The position numbers were made by a program, and so were the translations under genes. Positions 1-8,303 of a DNA stretch of 22,796 nucleotides are shown here, piece after piece. Under the pieces are notes generated by a model. That model did no database searches. It had not been told where the DNA came from and was given only the letters and a program-made list of their open reading frames with translations. The stretch's first letter is position 1; every line of letters starts with the position of its first letter. Where the stretch lies: sequence record DRR378314_424; one strand, given 5' to 3'.

Positions 1-1306
1 CCCACAAGAAGGGCAAACTAAGCGCCAGCGCGCCAATATAGGCGACGCTGGAAGGATTATGTGCCTTTCCATCACGGTAAGTGTCTGCAACCCATAGACT
101 GAGCGGAATGATGGCGAACACATGCCCAAAGCCCGCAAACCGAACCTGATAGACCGACATCAACAATGCCGAAACCAAGAGCGAGGCGAAGAGGAGATTC
201 GCCCGCAGGCGCTTCCCCCGGTACGCGCCGTACAGGCTGAGGCCCAGCGCCAGCAATGCGATGCCCAGCATGAAGCCGATTTTCGCAACCCTGCCGGGGC
301 GCTCTGCGAACAGGGGCCGCGCCTCATCAATGCGGTCCAGCCAGAGCGTCTTCACCTCAGGCGACAGATCAGACAGCGGGTTCGACAGGCATTGCGGCCC
401 CACCAGCAGCAGCACCGTAGCGCTTGCCGCGCCAATGCATAGCAGCGCCGCCATGCGTGCGCCCAATCCCCGCGCAGACGCCAGAAGCGCGGCCAGAACA
501 AGGCCGAGCCCCCCTGCCAGTCCGGCAAGCAGGCTGACGGATGAAAGCGCGTCACAAGCCACGACGGCATAATTCGAAGGTGCCACCGTCGCAAAGAAAG
601 CGAGCTCCAGCCCCGCCGCCAATCCAGCGCCAAACCCCATCGCACCGCGCCGTGCAGCCTCGCCCGAGATCGTCCAATCCAGCGCCACAAATCCGCAAAT
701 TATGCCAACAAAAACATAGACTTCGCCTCCAATCGCCACGGATGCGGCAACCGCAAGGCCAGCCAGCGCCAGACGTGTCGGACGCCTGGAAGGGTCAACA
801 ACACAGCCTAGTGCGAGGGCGAGCAGGCCAAGTTGAAGGTTATGATGATCAATAGCCCCCGGCATGAACCGGTAATGCGTGGAGAAGATGAAGGCGCTCA
901 ACAAGAGGCACGCCAGCGCGCCGCCTTTGCCGCCCAGATGCCGCGCGCCTGTGTAGAGCCCGGCCAGCAGGAGCAGTACGCTCAAGGACGGCCAGACCGT
1001 ATAGGCCCAGACAAGCGCGGTCTCTGATGGCAGGAATATGTTGAACAGGTGGAATAGCAACAGAATCGGCAGATCCACAAGCCGCGACCAGTGCATGGCG
1101 GTGCCGCCCTCCGGTCCCATTCGGTATTGCTGGAGGTCAAACCAGGCCTGTCCATTCAACAGATCCTGTATCTGAACGAGTCGCATTATGTCGTCGCCAT
1201 CCGGTCCGATGTCGCCGAATTTCGCCTGGACAACACTGCTCAGTATCAGGCAGGCAGGCACCAATAGGAACAACAGAACAAGTCTGGCGTCGAACCGAAA
1301 CGTCAT
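1..1306 (-). CDS. Polytopic membrane protein, putative GT-C fold glycosyltransferase (3' end runs off the window)
   Basis: Absent from the ORF track because there is no stop in the window. ATG at 1306 follows a GGAGGGAG SD. Manual translation gives MTFRFDARLVLLFLL...GPDGDDIMRLVQIQDLLNGQAWFDLQQYRMGPEGGTAMHWSRLVDLP...FMPGAIDHHNLQL...YQVRFAGFGHVFAIIPLSLW. The same frame is held at both ends (435 codons); the middle was spot-checked. Many hydrophobic segments, an acidic DD motif after TM1, and divergent from a GT2 gene. Confidence 0.8.
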   Translation of the reverse strand, partial: MTFRFDARLVLLFLLVPACLILSSVVQAKFGDIGPDGDDIMRLVQIQDLLNGQAWFDLQQYRMGPEGGTAMHWSRLVDLPILLLFHLFNIFLPSETALVWAYTVWPSLSVLLLLAGLYTGARHLGGKGGALACLLLSAFIFSTHYRFMPGAIDHHNLQLGLLALALGCVVDPSRRPTRLALAGLAVAASVAIGGEVYVFVGIICGFVALDWTISGEAARRGAMGFGAGLAAGLELAFFATVAPSNYAVVACDALSSVSLLAGLAGGLGLVLAALLASARGLGARMAALLCIGAASATVLLLVGPQCLSNPLSDLSPEVKTLWLDRIDEARPLFAERPGRVAKIGFMLGIALLALGLSLYGAYRGKRLRANLLFASLLVSALLMSVYQVRFAGFGHVFAIIPLSLWVADTYRDGKAHNPSSVAYIGALALSLPFLW

Positions 1307-1394
1307 GTGCTCCCTCCGCGGCTGCGCGCTCCCGAAAGGCAAACTTAACCTGTGGGAGTATAGGAAACGCTAAAGAGGGAGGCGCGAGAGACTG

Positions 1395-2420
1395 ATGACC
1401 GATACTGATCTGCCCCGGCTGAACATCGCTGTGCTCCTGCCCTGTTACAATGAAGGCAAATCTATCGCGTCCGTCGTGATCGGCTTTCGCAAGGCGCTGC
1501 CGTCTGCGCGGATTTATGTCTATGACAACAATTCCAGCGACGACACATCCTCGCAAGCCGCATTTGCCGGCGCCACCGTCGTTCCCTCCCGTCGTCAGGG
1601 CAAGGGCAATGTGGTTCGTCAGATGTTCGCAGATATTGAAGCGGATGTTTACATCATGGCCGATGGCGATGGCACATACGATCCGTCCGCTGCGCCGCGC
1701 ATGATCGACACACTTCTGGCCGATCGTGCCGACATGGTCGTCGGCACACGACGGAACGTGACCGAAGACGCTGGCCGGAACGGTCATGCTTTCGGCAATC
1801 GTCTTTTCAACAAGATCTATCGCGCCCTGTTCGGCAGCGAGTTCACGGACATTTTCTCCGGCTATCGCGCGTTCACGCGTCGCTTTGCGAAAAGCTTCCC
1901 CGCCTCTTCCCCAGGATTCGAGATCGAGACAGAAATGTCGGTCCATGCGTCCAGCCTGCGGCTGCCGGTCTCGGAGATCGAGTTCGATTATGGCCGGCGC
2001 GTCGAGGGATCCGAAAGCAAGCTCTCAACCTTTCGTGACGGATTCCGCATTCTCCGCATGATGGGCATGCTGATGAAGGAAACAAAGCCCTTCGTTTTCT
2101 TCAGTGCCGTTTCGGCAGTCTTGTTCGGCACGGCGACACTGCTCAGCCTGCCAATTCTCGTCGAGTATTTTGAGACAGGCCTTGTCAGCCGCATGCCGAC
2201 CTGGATGCTGGCCATGACGCTCACGCTCGGCGCGATGATGTCATTCACAGCAGGGGTTATTCTGGACTCGCTGGCCCGGTCACGCATTGAGCAAAAACGG
2301 ATCCATTATCTTTCCATTGCCCCCGCCAGAGGCGAAGGCGGTGTTGGGGGACGCATGCAGCGAACAGAGGATGACCCGGCAACCTATCTTCAGGACCTGT
2401 CTCGCAAGACCGGCGCTTGA
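1395..2420 (+). CDS. Glycosyltransferase family 2, polyprenol-phosphate glycosyltransferase (GtrB/ArnC/DPM1-like)
   Basis: VLLPCYNE, DNNSSD, GKG, DGDGTY (DxD), DIFSGYRAF and FEIETEM motifs; two C-terminal TM helices; SD GAGGGAGG upstream. Confidence 0.92.
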   Translation: MTDTDLPRLNIAVLLPCYNEGKSIASVVIGFRKALPSARIYVYDNNSSDDTSSQAAFAGATVVPSRRQGKGNVVRQMFADIEADVYIMADGDGTYDPSAAPRMIDTLLADRADMVVGTRRNVTEDAGRNGHAFGNRLFNKIYRALFGSEFTDIFSGYRAFTRRFAKSFPASSPGFEIETEMSVHASSLRLPVSEIEFDYGRRVEGSESKLSTFRDGFRILRMMGMLMKETKPFVFFSAVSAVLFGTATLLSLPILVEYFETGLVSRMPTWMLAMTLTLGAMMSFTAGVILDSLARSRIEQKRIHYLSIAPARGEGGVGGRMQRTEDDPATYLQDLSRKTGA

Positions 2421-2515
2421 GTCTTTCATGTTTCAGAAAGTGAGCAGAAGGTCCACGCAGACCCGAGACGCTGAGCGCTGCAATCGCCCATGCTCACCTA
2501 AACACTGCTTACGGA

Positions 2516-4231
2516 TTAACCCATATTCTGGCGCAGCTCGGCGGCACTGTCCTCTGCTGCATCAGGCAATGTCTCGGCGTCGTCTTTCGGAGCGCGGCGA
2601 ACCAGCGTTTCCGGAATAGTGATGAAGGCTGTCGTGCCGCGACCAGGTTCAGACCGCAGCTTGATCCGCAGACCCTGCGCATCCGCCAGGCGGCGCGCAA
2701 CACTGAGGCCGAGACCGACACCTGCAGAATGGTCAAACTTCTGGTGAGCCGGACGGGAATGGAAGAACGGTTCGAACGCCTTTTCCAGAACGTCCTGGGT
2801 CATCCCCCTGCCCCGGTCACGTACCATGACAACAAGGCCCACACCGGAGACCATGCCGGCCTTCACGACAATCGGCGTAGATGAGCCGGACTCCAGCGCG
2901 TTTTTGATCACATTGCGCAGGATGATCTCAAAGCTGTTCTCATCCATGTCGGCTGACAAATTGTTTGGAACACTGACTTTCAGTCGGTCAGCAAAACGGG
3001 AATTGTCAACATCAGACAGCTTGCGGACGACATTCTGAATGGATTGCGTCACAGACACTTCAGATGCATGGGCGAGATAGTCCTCACGCTCCATCCGGGT
3101 GTAGTTGATGATCCCGTCGAGAGTGGATGACAGGATCACAGCCTGCTCGCCGATCTTGTCAGCGTAGGAGCTGACCTCTTCTTCGCTACACGGAATGTTA
3201 GACGAAGACCCGATCACACCCGCGCACGCAGAGATGACATCCAGAGGCACTTTCAGCTCAGCGCTCATGGAACCCAGGAAACGCGTCTTGGCTTCGTTCG
3301 CGGCTTCCGCTTCATTCCGGGCATGTTCGATTTCCGAACGGGCCTCTTCGATGCGTGTCACATCTGCGTACACGACAACGGTGCCGACATTCGGAATGTG
3401 TTGAACGGATTTCTGCCAGTACATGCCTTCGCGGCGGATCGGCTTTTCAACCGGCTCCAGGGAATCTTCGCTGGAACTGAAGACCTTCTTGTGAAGCTGG
3501 TTCTCGACAATGACATCACCACCTTCGTCGAAGATGGCAAACGCCTGATGGCTGGCCTCGAGTGCTCCGATGAGCAGGTCTCGGGATTCCTCAGCCTTGA
3601 GCGTGGCATCAATATCCGACTGATAGACCATGTAACTGGATCGGGCCCCGAGATAGAGCGCGATCATGAATACGATCATCATCAGGCAGATGGTGACGCC
3701 GGTAACCGACTGGGCATAGGTGCTGTAGGCAGCGCTGGAGGCGAAGGCAGCGAGGGCGTAGCGCAGCACGATCCGCGGGACCCGCGTCAACATGCTTGCC
3801 ATGCCGGCAGCCATAGGCGTGATCATGAGGCCGCCCATGATCATGGCGGCATTTTCATCAGGGCCGACAAAGAAGGGCAGAGAGCCCCAGGCCATACCGA
3901 ACAGGATGGCAAGGAATTCGGAACGACGCAGGTATTTTCCGCTTACCTGTTTCGGCGCTGAGCGCCCGCGCTTCAACAAGAAGTCTACGACCAGCAAAAG
4001 CGCCAGGCCCAAATTCAGCGCAACCCAGATATCGATATTGGTATCAGGAACCCAGCGGCGCACCAGAAAACTGGCGCCGACTGTATTCACGAGCATAATC
4101 AAGGCCATGACGAGCACATGGCGAGAGAAATCAAGGTGCTGCTGCAATAGAATCAGCCGGTCAACCGCCGTGCCCCGAGGCAGCGTGTTGCCAGTCACAT
4201 AGGACAGAAATGATTTTTTCTGCTTCGCCAT
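2516..4231 (-). CDS. Membrane sensor histidine-kinase-like protein (multi-TM, degenerate PAS-like, HisKA, HATPase_c) lacking the phospho-His
   Basis: H-box region ANEAKTRFLGSMSAELKVPL, N box RNVIKNA, G1 DRGRGM, F box AFEPFF, G2 GVGLGLS; about 5-6 hydrophobic helices at the N terminus. Start placed at ATG 4231 (alternative 4246) rather than 4483, which would overlap the divergent gene. Confidence 0.85.
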   Translation of the reverse strand: MAKQKKSFLSYVTGNTLPRGTAVDRLILLQQHLDFSRHVLVMALIMLVNTVGASFLVRRWVPDTNIDIWVALNLGLALLLVVDFLLKRGRSAPKQVSGKYLRRSEFLAILFGMAWGSLPFFVGPDENAAMIMGGLMITPMAAGMASMLTRVPRIVLRYALAAFASSAAYSTYAQSVTGVTICLMMIVFMIALYLGARSSYMVYQSDIDATLKAEESRDLLIGALEASHQAFAIFDEGGDVIVENQLHKKVFSSSEDSLEPVEKPIRREGMYWQKSVQHIPNVGTVVVYADVTRIEEARSEIEHARNEAEAANEAKTRFLGSMSAELKVPLDVISACAGVIGSSSNIPCSEEEVSSYADKIGEQAVILSSTLDGIINYTRMEREDYLAHASEVSVTQSIQNVVRKLSDVDNSRFADRLKVSVPNNLSADMDENSFEIILRNVIKNALESGSSTPIVVKAGMVSGVGLVVMVRDRGRGMTQDVLEKAFEPFFHSRPAHQKFDHSAGVGLGLSVARRLADAQGLRIKLRSEPGRGTTAFITIPETLVRRAPKDDAETLPDAAEDSAAELRQNMG

Positions 4232-4406
4232 GACACCGCTATACATGGGCGAAGTGAACATTCCGCTCGCGAGTCGGTGCGGTATTGCAAGACTGTGGAA
4301 ACTTGTCGTTAACGGGAGGATTAACCACAATAGGTTACACAGAATGGTTGCATAGTCGGTCTTGGATTCTGTAGCGTGCGTTCCAGTAGAAGAGAGTGCC
4401 GCGCCT

Positions 4407-5726
4407 GTGTCCCGCCCAAAATCGCCTTTGAGGATTGCTGTCATTGGTGCCGGTCCGGGCGGATTGAGCACAGCCCATTTCATTCAACAGGCCGGACACG
4501 AAGCGGTAATCTTTGAGGCTGAGGATCGGCTTGGCGGCAAGTCCTTCTCCGTTGTGCGCGGCGATGCCATGAACGAGATGGGCACCTGCTACACTACGCG
4601 CTCCCACAAGCTTGTGAAGAAATGGATGAAGCAGGTTGGCATCACGCTGACCCGGCTCGGCGAAGCGCGATATGACGGCGTCAAGGTGGTCGATTACGTC
4701 AAACAGGGGGACGGGCCGCCCCTCGCCTTCCAGGCGCTGAAGTTCATTCGGGCCGCCGGTCGCCTACGCCGGGACATCCGAAATCGCCCGGACGACCCGG
4801 ATGTGCGCGCCGAAGCCTCAATGACGACGGCCGAATGGGTCAAGCGGCTTGGCCTGCCGAAGATCGACCTTGCCTCGCATCGCATCCAGACAACCCAAGG
4901 TTATGGCTTCACGGATGAAGCTACGATCGGGCAGACCGTACAATGGTGCGATCTCAACTATCTGCTGTCCGGCGTCCTGAATGACATGCACATGCCGGAT
5001 CAGGGCTGGACCGAGTTCTGGACCCGGTTTGCCGAGGACAAGGATGTGCGTCTCGGCAGCCCGGTCACCCATCTTGACCGATCCGGGCCAAAGCCCATCG
5101 TGACCGCCGGCGGCAAAAGCGAAGCATTCGATGCCGTAGTCTCTACTGTGCCGATGCAGAATTTCGTGAAGTTCTGCGCCGCAACGCGCGACGAGATGTT
5201 TATCTGCGAAGGCATTGAGTGGCAGAACTACACGACAACGCTGCTCACATCGCCGGACTGGTTCGATGGGTACATGATCATCGGGTACTCCGAGGCGAGC
5301 ATGGATTCCAGCCGCAAGGGCGCCATCCTCGGCGGGCGACGGGAAGGCGAGAGCGAAGAACTTGGCGGGCGGCTCTATGTCACCGGGCAGTTCTCAACCG
5401 GGCTGACCCCGGCAGAACTGCGCGAGATCCTGAAGGCGGACGCGCAGAAACATGGTTTCACGATCGAAAGCGTTATCCAGCAGAAAGTCTGGCAATATTT
5501 CCCGCAATACAGGGCCGAGGCCGTGCGCGACGGCCTATTCGGCGCACTACGGCGGGTTCAGGGCAACAAGCGTACCTGGTTCAGCGGGTCCAGCTTTTCC
5601 CACGAGCTGGTCTGCAGCATTGTCGAGCAGTCCCAGGGCATGGTGCGGGACATGCTGACAGAATTGTCCAGGGCTCCGCAAGAATCCGAAGCCCTGCCCC
5701 AAACGGCTGACAAGGAGACTGCCTAG
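4407..5726 (+). CDS. FAD-dependent oxidoreductase, amine-oxidase fold, resembling polyunsaturated fatty acid isomerase (PAI/PFI-like)
   Basis: RIAVIGAGPGG dinucleotide motif, E..DRLGGKS..EMG, and C-terminal WQYFP...VQGNKRTWFSGSSFSHE. Start is GTG 4407 or TTG 4362 (uncertain). Confidence 0.8.
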   Translation: MSRPKSPLRIAVIGAGPGGLSTAHFIQQAGHEAVIFEAEDRLGGKSFSVVRGDAMNEMGTCYTTRSHKLVKKWMKQVGITLTRLGEARYDGVKVVDYVKQGDGPPLAFQALKFIRAAGRLRRDIRNRPDDPDVRAEASMTTAEWVKRLGLPKIDLASHRIQTTQGYGFTDEATIGQTVQWCDLNYLLSGVLNDMHMPDQGWTEFWTRFAEDKDVRLGSPVTHLDRSGPKPIVTAGGKSEAFDAVVSTVPMQNFVKFCAATRDEMFICEGIEWQNYTTTLLTSPDWFDGYMIIGYSEASMDSSRKGAILGGRREGESEELGGRLYVTGQFSTGLTPAELREILKADAQKHGFTIESVIQQKVWQYFPQYRAEAVRDGLFGALRRVQGNKRTWFSGSSFSHELVCSIVEQSQGMVRDMLTELSRAPQESEALPQTADKETA

Positions 5727-5734
5727 GCGGTCTC
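5715..5734. repeat. 20-bp near-perfect palindrome spanning the overlapping stop codons of two convergent genes
   Basis: GAGACTGCCTAGGCGGTCTC, 9 of 10 pairs, centred on CTAG (5723-5726), which supplies the TAG stop on both strands. Confidence 0.8.
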
Positions 5735-7222
5735 GGTTTCCGGCGCGGCGCAATAGGTGTCGATGAAATCCTGATGCTTGGGCAGTTTGGAAACCGCCTG
5801 CGCGATGCTGGCCTTTAATCCGCCCAGCGCGCGGGTCAGTTGATCGTCGGTCATCATATGCCCCATATGGTGATACCCCTTCGGCTTCAGGCGCTGGCCC
5901 ATCATGACCTGTAGCCAGGAGTCCACACGGAACAAATCATCCGACGCCTGATAGACGAGTCCATTCTCCCGGAACAGGGCAATGCGCTGGGACAGCGTAT
6001 CCGGTACTGGCATATCGCGGCGCGCGCGCCAGAAGTCTGAATCGTCGCGCTCGGTCAGCTTGTAGTGAAGCACAATAAAATCCCGGATCTTTTCCAGTTC
6101 ACGCTCTGCCTGCTCATTATAATGATTGGCGATGGCTTCGCTGATCCCGGAAAACGGGAATTGCTGCACCAGTCGCGTCGCACCGATCTGGATCAGATGG
6201 ATGCTGGTCGATTCAAGCGGCTCCACAAATCCACTCGACAGGCCAAGGGCAATACAATTCTTGTTCCACACCTTGCGGCGACGGCCGGTCTTGTACCGGA
6301 TCAGGTGCGGCTCAGTGAGCGGCTCCCCGTCGACATTGTTCAGAAGGAATTCCTGAGCCTCGTCCGGCTGCATGTTCTCGCTGCAGAAGACGAGCCCGTT
6401 TCCGACACGATGCTGAAGCGGAATGCGCCACTGCCAGCCCGCATGGTGCGCGATGGCGCGCGTATAGGGAATGGCCGGACCGACCGAGCGCGTCTGGACC
6501 GCCAGCGCACTGTCCGTCGGCAGCCAATGCGTCCAGTCTTCATAGCCGGTCTTCAAGGTCTGTTCGATCAGCAGGCCACGAAAGCCGGTGCAATCGATGA
6601 AGAGGTCACCCTCTATCCGCTCACCTGACTGAAGCTTCAGCGCAGTGATGAACCCGCTTTCACCATCCTGCTCGACCGTGTCGATCAAACCCTCAACGCG
6701 CTTTACACCCTTGGCTTCGCTGAATGTGCGCAGGAATTTCGCATACAGGCTCGCATCCAGATGATAGGCGAAATTGATATTTGCCTTTTCAGACGTATAG
6801 AAACGATCCTCTTCGGCAGCCTGCAATTCAAAGCAATAAGCGTCGAGCGCATCGCCAATGCCGCGCTCCTGCGCATACATCCAGATATTGTAGAACTCGC
6901 CCATCCAGCTCGGCTTGCCGACCTGACCGAAGGAGTGGATGTAGCGATCCCCGACGCCGCCCCAATTCTCAAACGCAATGCCCAGCTTGAAGGTCGCCTT
7001 GGTGGCGCGCATGAACTCTCGCTCATCTATTCCCAGCAGGTGATGGAAGGTTCGGTGGGTGGGGATGGTCGCCTCTCCCACACCCACCGTGCCGATGGCG
7101 TCTGATTCCACCAATGTAATGTCGAGCAAAGGCCCCAGCATGCGGGACAATGCGGCGGCGGCAATCCAGCCAGCCGTACCTCCCCCAGCGATAACGACTC
7201 TTTTTACCTGTTGCGTACTCAC
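5723..7222 (-). CDS. Tryptophan halogenase family flavin-dependent enzyme (PrnA-like fold)
   Basis: GGGTAG, VGVGEATIP, ATFKLGI (catalytic Lys position), DLFIDCTGF, GWQWRIP (WxWxIP) and FVEPLESTSI motifs; GTG start with GGAGG SD. Confidence 0.93.
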   Translation of the reverse strand: MSTQQVKRVVIAGGGTAGWIAAAALSRMLGPLLDITLVESDAIGTVGVGEATIPTHRTFHHLLGIDEREFMRATKATFKLGIAFENWGGVGDRYIHSFGQVGKPSWMGEFYNIWMYAQERGIGDALDAYCFELQAAEEDRFYTSEKANINFAYHLDASLYAKFLRTFSEAKGVKRVEGLIDTVEQDGESGFITALKLQSGERIEGDLFIDCTGFRGLLIEQTLKTGYEDWTHWLPTDSALAVQTRSVGPAIPYTRAIAHHAGWQWRIPLQHRVGNGLVFCSENMQPDEAQEFLLNNVDGEPLTEPHLIRYKTGRRRKVWNKNCIALGLSSGFVEPLESTSIHLIQIGATRLVQQFPFSGISEAIANHYNEQAERELEKIRDFIVLHYKLTERDDSDFWRARRDMPVPDTLSQRIALFRENGLVYQASDDLFRVDSWLQVMMGQRLKPKGYHHMGHMMTDDQLTRALGGLKASIAQAVSKLPKHQDFIDTYCAAPETETA

Positions 7223-7247
7223 ATGAACCTCCGGCCTCTTTATGGCG

Positions 7248-8285
7248 CTAACGGTTGAGTTTGTTCAGAAGCATCGCGCGCAGGCGACGGGCTCTTACTT
7301 CGTCCATCGGGGCCAGATTGCCCTGCGCGGCTTCCGGCAAATGTTCAGCGGGGCGGTCAGACGGCCCGAAGATGTAGTAATCAAACAGCGCCTTCCAGGC
7401 CTGCTTCTCAGAATCGGGACGATCCCGCAGGCTCAGCATGGCATGCAAAAGCGTATTCTGCGGCGTGTCCATGAAATTCGGCGACGTGTTCCACCAATAA
7501 TTGATCATGGCCGTGAAGTCGCCAAAACCCTCAACATTGTGCCACCAGAGGGCCGGATAAAAGAGGACATCTCCCGGCTCCAACTCTGCGACTTGCGCGG
7601 CCGCCATGGCCTGACGAAACCGGGGGTAACGATCAAGATCCGGCTCGCGGAAGTCGACCATGCTGACGACCTGCCCACCGGGCGTCGGCTCCAGTGGGCC
7701 CGGATACAAATTCGCGACCTGCTCCGGGGGAAACAGAGTGAATGTCCGTTTGCCAACCATGCAGCAGGCAAGATTGTGCGACATGTCATAGTGCGCCGAG
7801 GCGATCGTGTGATTGCCCATCCATATACTGACCAGCGGCGCGTGCGTATCAAACATTGCGTCATTCAGGACAAGATCATTCTCATCTCGGAGGCCCGGAA
7901 AGAAAATACCGAGATCGGTTGAGCCGACATAGGCAGACGCGCCCGTGCGCTGGGCCATCGCCTCGCGAATGTGTGTGAAGAATTCGTCCAGCGGCACACG
8001 TCCCCGCTCGAAATTGAAACCATCAACCGCGTCAGTATAGAAATATCGCCCGCCTTCCTCTGGGGCGCAGCGATACTCGACAATCGGGCGCCCCTGATAG
8101 AAGCGCGCAATATAGTCCATCGCGGCGTCTGGCGACTTCAACCCGTGCTGCACCAGGGGCCAGTCGCGTACCACGCCCTTCAGGATGACCGGTTCCTGAT
8201 CCCGCATCAATTGCGCATACGGAATGGCGTCTGGCGCGACGCCTTCCATCACTTTTGTCTTGCGGGGAATGTCCAGTGCGGACAC
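7248..8285 (-). CDS. JmjC/cupin-like (Cupin_8, Pass1-related) Fe(II)/2-oxoglutarate oxygenase family protein
   Basis: PVILKG..WP, IWMGN..IASAHYD, GKRTFTLFPP, LEPGDVLFYPALWWHNVE and INYWW give an HxD...H triad; GTG start after AGGAGGAG. Confidence 0.9.
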   Translation of the reverse strand: MSALDIPRKTKVMEGVAPDAIPYAQLMRDQEPVILKGVVRDWPLVQHGLKSPDAAMDYIARFYQGRPIVEYRCAPEEGGRYFYTDAVDGFNFERGRVPLDEFFTHIREAMAQRTGASAYVGSTDLGIFFPGLRDENDLVLNDAMFDTHAPLVSIWMGNHTIASAHYDMSHNLACCMVGKRTFTLFPPEQVANLYPGPLEPTPGGQVVSMVDFREPDLDRYPRFRQAMAAAQVAELEPGDVLFYPALWWHNVEGFGDFTAMINYWWNTSPNFMDTPQNTLLHAMLSLRDRPDSEKQAWKALFDYYIFGPSDRPAEHLPEAAQGNLAPMDEVRARRLRAMLLNKLNR

Positions 8286-8303
8286 GCGGCTCCTCCTGAT
8301 CGA

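Noticed and set aside
122-1373. Several short ORFs listed in the track
   Set aside because: Explained as shadows or alternative frames of the real minus-strand membrane protein gene starting at 1306.
2516-4231. Calling the pseudokinase divL, pleC or divJ
   Set aside because: DivL has Tyr at the H-box and multiple PAS domains, and PleC/DivJ retain His; the architecture here differs.
4232-4483. N-terminal extension of the kinase-like ORF to 4483
   Set aside because: Overlaps the start of the divergent FAD enzyme, covers the likely promoter region and does not look protein-like.
5723-7222. Assigning prnA / pyrrolnitrin biosynthesis
   Set aside because: No prnBCD or other biosynthetic genes; the context is the TonB-SapC-cupin type, where tryptophan as substrate is not established.
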